From assembly GCF_006345805.1 (NCBI RefSeq), contig NC_043006.1:65410001-65474000 (forward strand): a stretch of 64,000 bases of DNA. The letters are read 5' to 3'. The DNA comes from Octopus sinensis. Lineage: Eukaryota. Below are positions 51,110-64,000 of the stretch, piece by piece (within the stretch, counting starts at the first letter, position 1; each line of letters starts with the position of its first letter). The notes below the pieces were generated by a model. That model was not told the DNA's origin, made no database searches, and saw only the letters and a program-made list of their open reading frames with translations. Made by a program: the position numbers and the translations under genes.

Positions 51110-52150
51110 GGCACAGACGTAGCTGTATGGTCAGATGTTTGCTTCCCAACCACATGGTCCTGGGTTTAGTCCCACTGCGTGGCACCTTCAGAAAATGTCT
51201 TCTACTATAGCTTCGGGCCGATCAAAGCCTTGTGAGAGGATTTAATACACAGAAACTGAAAGAAACCCGTCCTATTGTATACCTACTTGTGTGTCTTTGC
51301 GTCCGTGCTCGTTCCCCCACCACCGCTTGACAACTGGTGTTGGTTTGTTTACGTCCCAGTAACAGCAGTTTGGCAAAAGAGACCGATAGAATAAGTACCA
51401 GGTTTTAAATAGAAAAAGTATTGCGGTCGATTCATTCGGTTAAAAATTCTTGAAGGCGGTGCCCCAGCATGGCCGCAGTGTAATGATTGAAACCGGTAAA
51501 AGGTAAAATCTAGTAGATGAAGAGTAATACTGACAACTTTTTTGTGAATTCTGCGAAAATGGTGTTAAAAATGGAAGAAGACCCGTTATTCTTGGGTTGC
51601 CTGCAGAGTGGGGATCTGGTCTGAATATTTGCAATGCAATGAACTCTAATAAAAGGCACTCGAACCCAGCAAATGGTATAAAATTTACTCTGACGATTTC
51701 AGATTATAGGTGCAGGGAGATTTGGCTACTGTTTCTTGCAGGATGAGTAACTGCGTAGAATATTTCTCGTTGGCTAGTCGATGACAATAGTTTTTAATTT
51801 TAATATAAGGTCATTTGTTTGTATAGGAGAAATGTGGCTGATTAAAACGGCGCAATTCACGGACGACTGCTCCTGATTTTATCAACTGCGTAGAAGAGCA
51901 AGGCAAAGTCGATCGGTAGGAGGACGAACAAAGAAAATAATGATTTCAAAATTTGGCATAGGACTAGCAGGTTTTCGATGGAAGGTGGGGAAGTTGAGTA
52001 CATTTACTCTAGTACTTGTATTTATTATAACAAGTCCGAAAGGATGAAAGGCAAAGTCGACCTCGGTAGATTTTGAACTCAGAACATAAAGATAGACGAA
52101 ATGCCGCTAAGCATTTTATCCAGCTGCTAACGATTCTGCCAGCTCGCCGC
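51110..52150. mobile_element. family A SINE (+ 51110-51505) and family B SINE (- 52010-52150)
   Basis: CCCACTGCGTGGCACC..GACCGATAGAATAAGTACC; GAAAGGATGAAAGGCAAAGTCGACCTCGG..CTGCCAGCTCGCCGC. Confidence 0.8.
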
Positions 52151-53919
52151 CACGAACAACGAAAATAATACTCTGTATATGTACTCAAGGACTTTCTCAA
52201 CCCACCGTATGCATAATTCAATTTTCAAGTATTTTATATCTCAAAAGTTATTTCCCCTCTCTATTTTGAGCAGAATTAATCATTAATTATATGATTTTAA
52301 AATATACTCTTGTCATCTCAGGTGAAAATTTTTGTATATTGAAATTGTTTGGTTTATTTGATTAAATAGAATTTCCTGTTGTAACTTGTATGTTGGTATC
52401 CGTTTTACTACACAGGAAAGGAGTATTTCAGGGCAGCAGAATTAATCGTATCAATCCAAATGGAAAGAAAAAAGCTAACCAGAGTCACATTCGGGACGGG
52501 TGACTAATATCTGCCAGGTCAGTCCCTCACCGTTTTACGACTCTGACTGGCGTCGTGGGGGGGCGTATTTTGAAGCATTTCAGGTCTGAAGGCACTCGAT
52601 TTCCCACCCCCACCCTCCGCTAGAGGTAGAGCTACCGTATTTATCGGTCCCGAATTGAGTGAACGATAAAGCAGAAATCAATCGGATTTGAAGTGAGGGC
52701 GCAAGATTACCGCACTGTGCACTCTAATAACTCTGTTACCTCGCCATCTATGAATTATAATACAAATTTATATCAGTGTTTGGAGTTATTCTTTTATATG
52801 TTTCAGTCCAATGACTGTGGCCATGCTGGAGCACCGCCATTATCATCATACTTGTAAAAGAGTGAACCCGTTTCCCACTTAATACTCTCGCATTCAATTT
52901 TAATTAATTACGATTTTTGAGTTGTGTCCCTTGCCAAAAAGGGAATCAATGGTGTTCATGATTTTCCCCTTAAATTACTGGTTTAATTTTAATGAATCAA
53001 GCGATTTTTTTTTGTGGTTCACTATATTGAGCATGTTAGCCCCGGCCCCACCTGACTCTACTGACTATTCTGTAAAGATAGATTGCCAGAGAAATATGAT
53101 AGCCATTTAGGGAGGTGTAACATCTTGGAATTTTACCTGTCTAAGTGTGTCATTTGGTGGCGATATGTATGTGTATGTGTGTAACTTTCAGACTAAATTG
53201 TGTGGAGAAAGAAGTAAATAGCTAAATAAACAATCCAGTACAGTGCGATACGAATATGGAAAATTTTTTTCTGAACACACACATACACACACACACACAC
53301 ACACATTCGGGCGAATATATTGCACGCACGTACACACACACACACACACACTCTATCTCTCTCACGCACACACACACACATTACATAACAGAAGATACAC
53401 AGAAAATCTCCATACATATACACATACAGTGTTGAATTTTTCCATCAAACAAGTCCAATATAGTGTAAGTAATTCAAACACGTTATAGAGTTTATTGCTT
53501 ATTTCTTCAGAACTTAAGAATTTTTACACACTTATTCGCATATTTCTCGATGAAATATATTGATATAATTATGGGAAGAAAAATGGCCACAAACACACAA
53601 ACACTCCCTCTCTTTCTCTCTCCTTCTCAGCGTTACTCTCTCTCTTTCACACTCTCGTTTCTGCTGTGCAGTCAGTAGATTTCCGTTTATATGTTGAAAG
53701 CTTCTTCTAAAACAGCTGTTTTTGCTGGTCGGCTTCCTCCCTTTCTTGCCATTGGCTCACTGTTTAATGTTTTGGTCGGTGACGTACGAAGAAATGTATA
53801 CCATGACTAAATCTACCCAGACTTGAGTCTGCCTGAGTTTCAGTTACCCACAAGCACTCAAAAACACTCTGGATCTGATAAATCCATTGAACGGATAAAT
53901 TTATATATACATACACACA

Positions 53920-53933
53920 CGTGTATACAAATA

Positions 53934-54006
<73 letters not shown>

Positions 54007-54118
54007 TTATTTATATATATATATATATTTATATATTATATTTATATATATATATATATTGTTATATTTCGGAATGGTCATATAAAAAATCTTGCACAAC
54101 AAATATTTAAACGTACTT

Positions 54119-54149
<31 letters not shown>

Positions 54150-54254
54150 ATAGATTATATATATTTATATATAATATATATATTTATATATCTATATTAT
54201 ATATATATATATATTATACATATATATTTATATATATATATTTATTTATATATT

Positions 54255-54285
<31 letters not shown>

Positions 54286-54757
54286 ATATTTATATATTTA
54301 TATATATATTTATATATTATATATATATATATATTTAATATATAATATTTATTTATATATTTATATATATAATATATATTTATATGTATATATAATATAT
54401 ATATTTATATTTATATTTATATATAATATATATATAATATATATATATATATGTATTTATATATTATATATATATTATATATATATTTAACAATTAAGGA
54501 TATAAAATAATATAAATTTATATATATATATATATATTTAATATATTTATATTTATATATTAATATTATATATTATATATTTAGATATAATATTTATATA
54601 TATATATTTATATATATATATTTATATATATATATTTATATATATATATTTATATTTTATATTATATATTTATATTTATATATATATTTATATATATATA
54701 TTTATATATATATTATATATATTTATAATATATATATATATATAATATATTTATATT

Positions 54758-54789
<32 letters not shown>

Positions 54790-54875
54790 ATTATTATATA
54801 TATTTATATTTATATATATTTATATATATATATTATATATATATATAATATATATAAAATATATAACATATATAT
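53920..54875. repeat. ~950-bp almost pure A/T (TA-rich) low-complexity array
   Basis: Imperfect (TA)n with TT/AA interruptions; one mixed island at 54060-54115. Confidence 0.95.
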
Positions 54876-57289
54876 TTACGATTCTTTTAGCAAATCTTTT
54901 CGCTCATTAATAAATTGTTTCTTTATTGGGTTTAAAGGGGAAAGTGAATACATTCTTATTCTTCTGCCCCCTTTTTTTTTGTTTTTATTTGAGTAATTTT
55001 GTCGATTTGGGAAGGATTATTAAGTAATTCTCTACTCGAACATTCAGCATTGGTTTCTTGACTAAAGGAATTAGAAAATGTCGCTGTGACATTCAAGCTT
55101 CTCCCAGTGGTGATAACAACGTAATGGAAGAATTAATGAACTGAGCTCGCCAACAAATGGAATAGAGTTATCTATTTATTCATTTAGTAATTTAATAATT
55201 AGCGAAGGTGAAGCTGAAATGAGGTTGTGATCTGTCACATTAACCAGATGAAAGTGCTTCCTGTTGGAAACTTTGATTCTGTCACAACTTTGTGCTGGCT
55301 CCCTTGTTTTTCTACAGCGCTTGTAAATTGATGGTTTCTAAAAGTGTAGAAGACAAAAGGTTTACGATGGATGGTTGAAATTGTTTGACTTTTATGTCTG
55401 TCTCCAGTCAAGGAAACAAGAAAAGTGACTAAGAAATGATTCCAGTTGGAAATCAACACGGTACGCCATGAGCTTGTCTCTGATACAAGGAAACCCAACT
55501 TTTAATGTGATTGCATGGCGTTCATTAATTCTCTCATAGTCAGTGGTGACGCAAGGGGTGTTCTGTCGTTATAATTGCAGGTTGGTGGTAGAATCGGAAG
55601 AACATCGGACAAAATAGTTGTGGTATTTGGTTATTTCCCTTTACGTTCTGAGTTCAAATCCCGCGCATGTCTACTTTGTTTTTTCTCCCTTCCAAAGTCA
55701 ATAAAATACTGAGATCGATGTGATCAATCATGGCATAATAGGCGGTGGCCCAGCATATCTTCAGTCAAATAACTGAAATAAGTAAAAAAAAGAAACTGGG
55801 ATTCGATCCCTCTTCATTGAGATTGCTCGTCGGTTAACTCCAGATATGCTCTGATCGTACAGACCCATGATCAAAGGAGTTTCAGTCATGACCATCTCGT
55901 CACCCGCCTCCCGGTCGCCAAGCACGGGGTACTTTGACTACATTATGCAATTGTCTTAAGATGGAAGTGTATTCGAGGAAAAGTCAGCTGCTATTTCTAG
56001 CGGGTCATGCGACCACGAGAAGTATTTCCTCGTTGATTCGTTATCATATTTTTTTTATATTTGTGTATTTATGCAAGAAACCAGTTTATTACTGGTACTT
56101 GTAATAAAACAAGTACCAGTAATGATGCGGTTGGAATTAAAAAGAAGAAAAAAAAAAGCAGAGATGAGATACCAGTTTCTGCCGTCACATTTCAAAGAAA
56201 AAAATTGATGATGATGATGATGATGGTGCTATACCACCTAAAAAAAGAAAAATTAACGCATGTTCAAGTATTTATAAAATTTATAGTTAGATGGTATAAT
56301 TTAAAAAAGAATAAACTACTTTTAAGTAATATAGATTTTAATTTTCTCTAAATTTGGTTTAGTTTAATTTACTGCTATCGAATTACGTGTGTGTGTTTGT
56401 GTGTGTGGGTGTTGCGTATGCATATGCGAATGTGTTTATATACATATGTATTCACACACATATGCACATACGTACATACACACACACATATGTACGTACG
56501 CATACACAAACGTCATTTACAATACGATCAATTTTTTAAAATTTCCTTTTTTTTCCTTAAGAAATTCACATTTTAGTTCCGAAATTCCAGAAGCTTAAAT
56601 ATTTTGACTTTAAAAAAAATTAAGCCATATTGTGTGTGTATATGTACGTATGCACGTTCGTCTATATGTATATACATATGTGTGTATGTGTGTGTGAGTG
56701 CCGATTAGTACTTCGTATCTTGCTGTTTATCTATCATTGAAAAGGAGGTAAGTAAACAACCACTTGTACACTGTCCAAGTGTCTCTTACTCCCTCATATA
56801 TGTTAACTACTGTGGTTTAATCTAGCTTATAAAACAACTGTTAGTTCGTAAACATTTACTTGTATAAAGAAGGTGGAAAAGGAAAAAAACAAACAAAAAC
56901 GTTCTTTTGTATATCCTGTAGTCACACGATATGCTTATTTATTATCTATATATCATTCATTAATTATTATTATTATTATTACATTTTATTTTTATGGATA
57001 TTCTCCCCTTATTCAAAGATTAAAACTGTCTTTTTATTTATTTATTTGTTTATTGGCCTCCGTAAAAATCTCTGATGCGGAAATAATGTCAAGGAGTTCG
57101 TCATTTCCTCGACACCGGTGTTTCTCGTTCGAGCGAATCAAAACATAATACTAAAGCCTCCCTCTATTCGCTCTCTCTGTCTCCCTCTCTCTCTGTCTCT
57201 CACGGAAGCCTCCCTCGATCTATTGATATCTCATGTCTAGCTCCGGTGTTTCCCCTGTTAATTTCCGCCTTATTAAGGACGCGAACTGG

Positions 57290-57495
57290 CTGAATCGTTA
57301 GTACATCGGACGAAATGTAGATCGCTATTTCTTTCGGCTCTTTTCGTTCTAAATTCGAATTCTACGTAGATCAACTTCGCCTTACGTCCTTGGGGATGGA
57401 TAAAATAAAATACCAGTTGATTTGGAAAGTGGGATGCGATGTAATGCCCCCCCCATCTCCTCAAAACTGCTGGCCTTGTGCCAAATGTAGAAACG
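57290..57495 (-). mobile_element. family B SINE (decayed)
   Basis: GGATGGATAAAATAAAATACCAG..TCAACTTCGCC..GGCTGAATCGTTAG arrangement on the opposite strand. Confidence 0.55.
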
Positions 57496-58839
57496 ATTAT
57501 TTTGTCTTCTTTCTTTCTCTTTCTTGTTTACAACTTTCGCGTACTTACATGTTTCACGCTGTTGTTATTAATATTTTTTAATTAACCGCATATACACAAT
57601 TTATTAAATGTGCTGCTTAAGAAAAAAAAAAGTAACTAGTTTTATCTTATCAGCTACTGTTATCACTATTTATTTTTCAATTAACTTTCATGCAAAGTAA
57701 GTTTCGACGTATTGTGTTCCGGTAACTGGGGTAGAGAGACGGGTTCGAACATCACTTTTACGTTAATTCATTCATTAAAAAAAAAAAAAGTTTCTCGAAT
57801 TCTTAACAGAAATGATTTAATTGAACTTAATCAGTGCACGTGAAGCTAAAATGTGTTTTGGTTGGGGAAATTAAGGCGGAATCAAGTGCTTTGATATTAG
57901 ACAGTTATACAACTGTAAGGCTATATATTATTATTTCGATCGAGTCGGTCTCTTGCTACTCTGAGTTTCACCTGCGGGTGTACAGGATCTTCAGGCAAGT
58001 TATGACACAGACCGACTCTACGAAAATGGAATATAACATTAGATCTCTGTTAAGAACTCTCCCCACCCCTGACACTTAACGCTAAACATGTATGTGCAAA
58101 TATATATATACACATATTACTGTTATCTCTGTTAAGTCAGTCACCGGTTGTTGAGCATTTTGTCTCTCGTGACATCCCGAGATTATTGGGAATAGCGAGG
58201 AAACAACTCCCGTATTTCCGTTTGCGACCACCTCTGTCGACATATTCTGATACCACTCCTCTCTAAATCACAGCATCTTTTCCCTCACCAGTAAGAACAG
58301 GGATTTCCCCTTGCTATGTCCTCTTACAGCAAATTCTACAGTTTCGGTGCAACGAAAACAACTTACCTTCCTAATTTCAATCGTTTTATTCACTCGATAG
58401 ACACAAATGTTTAGTTACACGCCTAATAATAAATATATGATCGTGTTAACTAAAAGTTCATGTACGCACATACTTGTACACATCATTTGCATCAAGTTAA
58501 AAGATTAGAATTAAAGAAAAATAAAACACTGAATGTAATAAACAAACAATGGTTTCGTCAATTAACTTGCACTTTATTTTAGTTAAGAAAATATCTGAAA
58601 AACGAGAGTAAACTTGAAAGAATGAAAGAGAGTGATAATGAAATGCAGAAAGAATTAGAAAATGATAGAAAGAAAGAGTAAGGGACAGAAAGAATGAGAG
58701 CAAAGACAAGATAGACAGAATGAATGAGAGGCAAAAATGTATGATAGAGAGAGAAAAAGACAGAGAGTGGGGAACTAAAAGTAAAAAAAAAAAAATGATA
58801 CTCAAAAGACAGAATGAGAGCTTAGACACAAAACATTTG

Positions 58840-59050
58840 CCACCGTTAGGCCGTGGTCGGCCGTCAAAGTAGGGATCTGACAGTGAAAAATTCCTGTATC
58901 GAACGACGCTTGCTGAAAAAATCTCGTCAGTTGAAAGAGTGAATGGAGATTGTGACGTCAGAGGAGAGCATGGAAGTAAAAGAAAGTTTCCTGTTTAGTG
59001 AAGAGGGTCTCCCCTACTTTTACTGCTTTCTTTCTTCAGTGGTCGGCCAA
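58840..59050. promoter_or_regulatory. candidate regulatory island with full CRE
   Basis: TGACGTCA at 58953-58960 in a CpG-rich stretch not seen repeated in the window, next to a GA-rich tract. Confidence 0.25.
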
Positions 59051-60376
59051 CGAACAACTCGAATTGATCTTTTTCATTTATTGTTGTCCTTTTCTTTTCT
59101 CGCCGTTCTGCATTTTGCTGGTAATTGTAATTCTGATGGTTAGGGAGGGGGTCTTATTATTATTAGACGGTTCTGCTGATTGCAGGATGTACGTATGTGA
59201 ATGTGTGTATTATATTGATATAGGCGCTTATATTTATGTATTTGTGTGTGTAAAATGTCGGTGTTTATATGTATATATTTATGTCTGTCTGTGTGCGCGC
59301 GCATAATATGCGTGTCAGTATGTGTGTACTAACGTGTATCTGTGTATATAATATGCGTGTAGTAACGTATGTATGTAAATATATACATATGCGTGTGTGT
59401 GTGTATGCGTAGTCACACATTTCGTAAAAACATTCCGTTGGGGAAGAGTAAACAACTCATAGTGGTGTTCTGTATATTCACTCATCTGTCGCCCTGTGGC
59501 AATAACAGAAACCGTTATTAAAAAAAAAAATAATTAAACAAATAAAATAATTATATTTATTATCATGGAGATTCAAATTCGTTATATGTATCCTACCCAT
59601 TGCTTCTGAACAAGAAGATAAAACCCCCGAATATATTTCGTAAATTTTGTTTCAGTTTTACTTTACTTTGTCTTTTTCTTGTTATTTTTCTCTGTTGTTC
59701 ATTGAGTGAGGGACAGAGTGAATAAGTAGTCATGGATAACGGGATAGTAATAGGAAGGCGGTGTGGTGTGTGAATGAGAGAGAAAATAAAGTGAAGCAAA
59801 AACAGTGAAGAAGTCGGGAATAATAATAATAATAATAATCATAACAATAAATAGAAAAGCAATGAGCGTGTGTTTGTGTGTGTGTGTAAGCTTATGGAAA
59901 GAGAAAAAAGAAAAAGTGGCAGGTAAGAAATCTAGAGAGAGGAGGAAGCAGGCTGACAGAGAAAGTAACGGTGACACACAATTAGTTTAGACTCATGCAC
60001 ACATACACATACATTACAGTACCCCTGCATACATACACACAAACGCACACACACGACGCACACGCATAGACGATTCTTACGCGCCCGCGCACACACACTT
60101 ATATACACATACACACCTACATCCACAGGCATATTCACACAGTAGCTCCAACGCATATAGATACATATACACAGTCACACATATACATATGCTGCTGAGA
60201 CATACAACGGCTTTTGCACACACACACACACACACTCACACTCACACGCGCGCATACACAAACACGTACACCCAAAGGCATATTTACACAGCAGTTCCTA
60301 CATAGACACAATCACTTTATATACACACACTTATATAGAATGTACAAGAGTCGCGGTGGTGTTGGTGGGGAGCGCC

Positions 60377-60417
60377 ATGTTGGTCCAGTTCGGGTGGAAT
60401 TATTGCATCCCAAGAAG
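60377..60417 (+). CDS. candidate first coding exon MLVQFGWNYCIPR(R/S), phase-2 intron follows
   Basis: GCGCCATG start context, 41 nt open, donor AG|GTAGGT at 60418-60423. No downstream exon found in the window. Confidence 0.4.
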
Positions 60418-61402
60418 GTAGGTGTGTTTATGTGGTAGCTGCGACGGAAAAAAAATTTGATAAACAAAAAACAAAAAAAATACCCAACCAAATCAGCAAC
60501 TGTAACAACTGTGTGTTTATTGTAAAGAAAATATTATTACTTTCATTTATTACTTAATTCTTTATCTTCGTCATTTGATCTCCAAGGGGATATTATATGT
60601 ATGAAAGCACAATAATAATAATGTTGAGATTAAAAAAAAATCATCTCCACATTTTTTACGACGAATCAGTTTCTCTCTCTCTCTCTCTTTGGATTTCTAT
60701 TATTCTGTTCTTATATCTCCTCTCTCTCACTCTGTTCTGTTCTTTATCTCATACTTTCGTCGTCTTCCATACTTTCTTCTCTTCCTTCTTTACCTTCTTT
60801 CACTCCTTCACCCTCTCCCCCTCCATACACACAATCGCGTCGCCGTCTCCGCCACCTTCTTCCATCTTTTATTCCCCACCGCCTTCCGTTCCGCTGCCGC
60901 CGCCGCCGCCACCACCACCACCACTATCACCGCAATCATTCTCAGCCGTTCAACAACAACGACGACGACGACAACTGCAACAATATTGCCTGACGTCTTT
61001 GACGGAGGAAGCAAGCAAGGAGTGGGGTAGTGGCTGATGGGTGGATGGATAGTTGGGAATCTAGCTAAAACGAGTGAATGAGAGAGAGAAGCCAGGAGAG
61101 CCATGCTTGCCTGCTTAGGCTTTACTTCGTCTTTACCGGCCAGCCAGCTTACACCAGTCAGTAATAGTCCAAAACACAAGACACAACTGCACCTCTTTGC
61201 TCTTACCGGATGCTTTTTCGTTTTCTGTGTCTCTCTTTTTCTTTTCTTTTTCCCTGGGTACGCCGTTGACATGGTGTAACCATTTTACAGCCGACAGTCA
61301 CCACTCACTAGTTCATCGCCCACCAATTATCATTTCACTATTTTACTTACACATTTTCACTAATCATATATTTCTTTATCTCACTATCTCTCCCACTTCC
61401 TG

Positions 61403-61452
<50 letters not shown>

Positions 61453-61865
61453 CATCCGTTTACCTCTTTGTCTATGTATCCCATCAACCTGTCTATGAAT
61501 AATCAGCTTCTACCTGTCTATATATTAAAAGTATGTATGCTTATCTATCCATCTACACATTAATATATTTATCTATCCATTAACATGTTCCTCTACCTAT
61601 CTATACCTATAAACGTACCCTTTTATCTATTGCACGCGTGTTGTTAGTGACTCATTGTGAAGCCGACACTCAACATACCTTGTGTGTTTACACACATACA
61701 CACTACAGTTACCTTCAAATGTTTCTAATGGGGATAAATAGGTTCTTATATGAAAATACTAGCCACACACCTCTCACTCATTCCCTCTACTGGTCATTCA
61801 TTATATCAGTTATACAATTAATCTAACGATCAATCAATCAAGTGATTTGTTGGTATTTTGCTGGA

Positions 61866-62230
61866 CAATAATAATGGCACTCCGTCGGTTACGACGACGA
61901 AGGATTCCGGTTGATCCGATCAACGGAACAGCCTGCTCGTGAAATTAACGTGCAAGTGGCTGAGCACTTCACAGACACTTGTATCCTTAACGTAGTTCTA
62001 GGGGGAGATGCAGAGTGTGACAAGGCTGGCCCTTTAAGATACAGGTACTACAGAAACAAGAAGAGAGAGTGAGAGAAAGTTGTGGTGGAAGAATATAACA
62101 GGGTTCGCCACCACCGCTGTCGGAGCCCCGTGGACCTAAAGATGTTTTCGCTCAATAAACACTTACAGCGCCCTGTCTGGGGATCGAAACCGCGAGTCTG
62201 CTGCCCTAACCACTGGGTCATTGCACCTCC
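61866..62230 (-). mobile_element. tRNA-derived SINE (family C head, tail type 2)
   Basis: Head GGAGGTGCAATGACCCAGTGGTTAGGGCAGC..GGTTTCGATCCC as at 30736; tail ..AACCGACGGAGTGCCA(TTA)n. Confidence 0.85.
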
Positions 62231-62299
62231 ACACTGAACAGTACTCATCAGAATCGATAGGATACGTATCTGTAGGTTATGCATAGGTCATCCAAATCT

Positions 62300-62740
62300 C
62301 TCACATATCATCCTCATCATTGCTTTAACGTTCACTTTTCAATGCTTGCATGGGTTAGAGGGAATCCATTGGGGTGCGTTTTCTACAACTGAATGCCCTT
62401 CCTGTCACCGACCCTCACCTATTTCCAAGCTAAGCAGTATTTTCCCCACAGCCAGGCATGTCTTTATTGAATGTTGAATATGAATGACATTCATTTACAA
62501 CAGTCACATGATGTCAAGGTAAAGAGACAAACATACACACTCTCACACATACACATGCATGCAATGGGCTTCTTTCAGTTTCCATCTACTGAATCCACTC
62601 AAAGCTTTTAGTTGACCTGCAGCGAGAGGAGAATAATGCTTGTCCAAGTGCCATGTATCAGGTTTGAAACCAAGACCATATAGTTGGGAATCAAACTTCT
62701 GAACCACACAAAAAAATTTAACTAGTTTCAAAAGTGGAAT
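62300..62740 (-). mobile_element. CpG-decayed RTE-related repeat (62300-62520) and family A head (62560-62740)
   Basis: CATCATCCTCATC..TTCTACAACTGAATGCCCTTCC; CTTCTTTCAGTTTCCATCTAC..TCCACTC. Confidence 0.65.
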
Positions 62741-63650
62741 ATCTTTTATGCTATGAAGCAGGAAAATCCCTTATATTTTGGACATTTATCCTTTTTCAGA
62801 GTGAGAGAGAGAGAGAGAAAAAACAAGGGTCTCATCACTGTTGGTGTTATATTTTGTTGACAAAGGTCATCACCAGTTTCCTTAGATTATTTTGTTTAAT
62901 GTGCTGTGTTGTTTAGCGCCTCAGTCCTGATCAAGCAGATGTATGACCAAAGGTTGTTTCAGCTACATCTATGAACATCACATCATTGTTTTGATCAGAC
63001 AATGTTTTCTTGACTAAACTATTCAACATGTCCTGTTTTGTTACCTTTTTTAAAAGAGTAAGTTTCAGAGAAATTTTTCCAGCAGGTTGAAAAACTAATC
63101 AGAGATTTCTCTTTGGCTCTTTAAGATAATTTATTTTCATGTATGTTATATGGCTACACCAAGAGAAAACCCTTGAGGGATCTTCAGTTTCCCAATATCC
63201 TAGTGTGAACTTTTTTTAGGTCATCAGATTATTTCTTTTTCATTTTTAATTTCAGGTTTTCCAATTAGTCACTCCACACACACACGCACACACAAACACA
63301 TTAGGTGAGTCAACAAAGAAAACTTGCCCACTCTCTATTTCCTCGTCATAAACTCTGTTATGAAGTGTGAAAAAGTTTTGTTGCACATCTGCAACCTGGT
63401 CACTGACAGCATTCTAGTGGAATGATGTCATTGTTTGCACAGGTAGTGTATGTGTGCAGAGAACACACACACACACACACACATATGTATATACATACGT
63501 ACATACATACATATATATATATATATGTATACACACACACATGCATATATACATATATACATGTTTATATTCTTATATTTATATATATATATATTCATGT
63601 ACTCTTTTACTTGTTTCAGTCATTTGACTGCTGCCATGCTGGAGCACCTG

Positions 63651-63693
<43 letters not shown>

Positions 63694-64000
63694 ACGCAAA
63701 TACACACAAGGGAGTGAACACACAACAGAAAGTAGCACTCAGGACATTATTCAGTTGGAGTTACATGCATTTAGTAACAGTTTGACTCAGCCCCACATTA
63801 CTTGAAGTTTCGAAGATGCAGGACACCTGACTCTTGTCAGGTCAGGTGTTCAGAGATATCTGATGATGTTGGTGCATTCTGTGTCCACGAAACTTTTAAG
63901 TGATGTGGAACTGAATCAAACTGTTTAAGATTATATTCTCTTATCTGTTTCAGTCATTTGACTGTGACCATGCTGGAGCACCGTCTTTAGTTGAGTAAAT

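Noticed and set aside
60597-61272. Pro/Thr/Ala-rich ORFs on both strands
   Set aside because: Translations of simple repeats, open in several frames.
1-64000. Remaining ORF-track entries and conserved miRNAs
   Set aside because: ORFs are short, mostly IYIY/HTHT/CVCV microsatellite or SINE translations. I saw no match to conserved bilaterian mature miRNAs I recall, though an eye scan is not exhaustive.

Overview
AT-rich, repeat-saturated eukaryotic genomic DNA, most likely from Octopus (inference from the tRNA-derived SINE families and dense (TA)n/(GT)n microsatellites; not database-checked). I can support no complete protein-coding gene; the ORF track is mostly translated microsatellites and repeats. 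The window reads as intronic/intergenic. It holds dozens of SINE copies in several families and fossil ORF2 fragments of three LINE types (L2/CR1-like, Tx1/L1-like, RTE). It also holds many non-autonomous DNA transposons (hAT with 8-bp TSDs, pogo/Tigger, Tc1/mariner, piggyBac-like, Helitron), three long inverted repeats and a 33/34-bp minisatellite. Most worth follow-up: (1) a head-to-head tRNA-headed element whose arms each carry a minimal hammerhead-ribozyme motif, plus a second hammerhead relic; (2) apparent CpG-poor versus CpG-rich domains suggesting methylation boundaries; (3) two short candidate coding exons, a hydrophobic signal-like exon (minus, 14856-14933) and an ATG first exon (plus, 60377-60417). 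Repeat boundaries were read by eye and are approximate unless a TSD/TIR is quoted.
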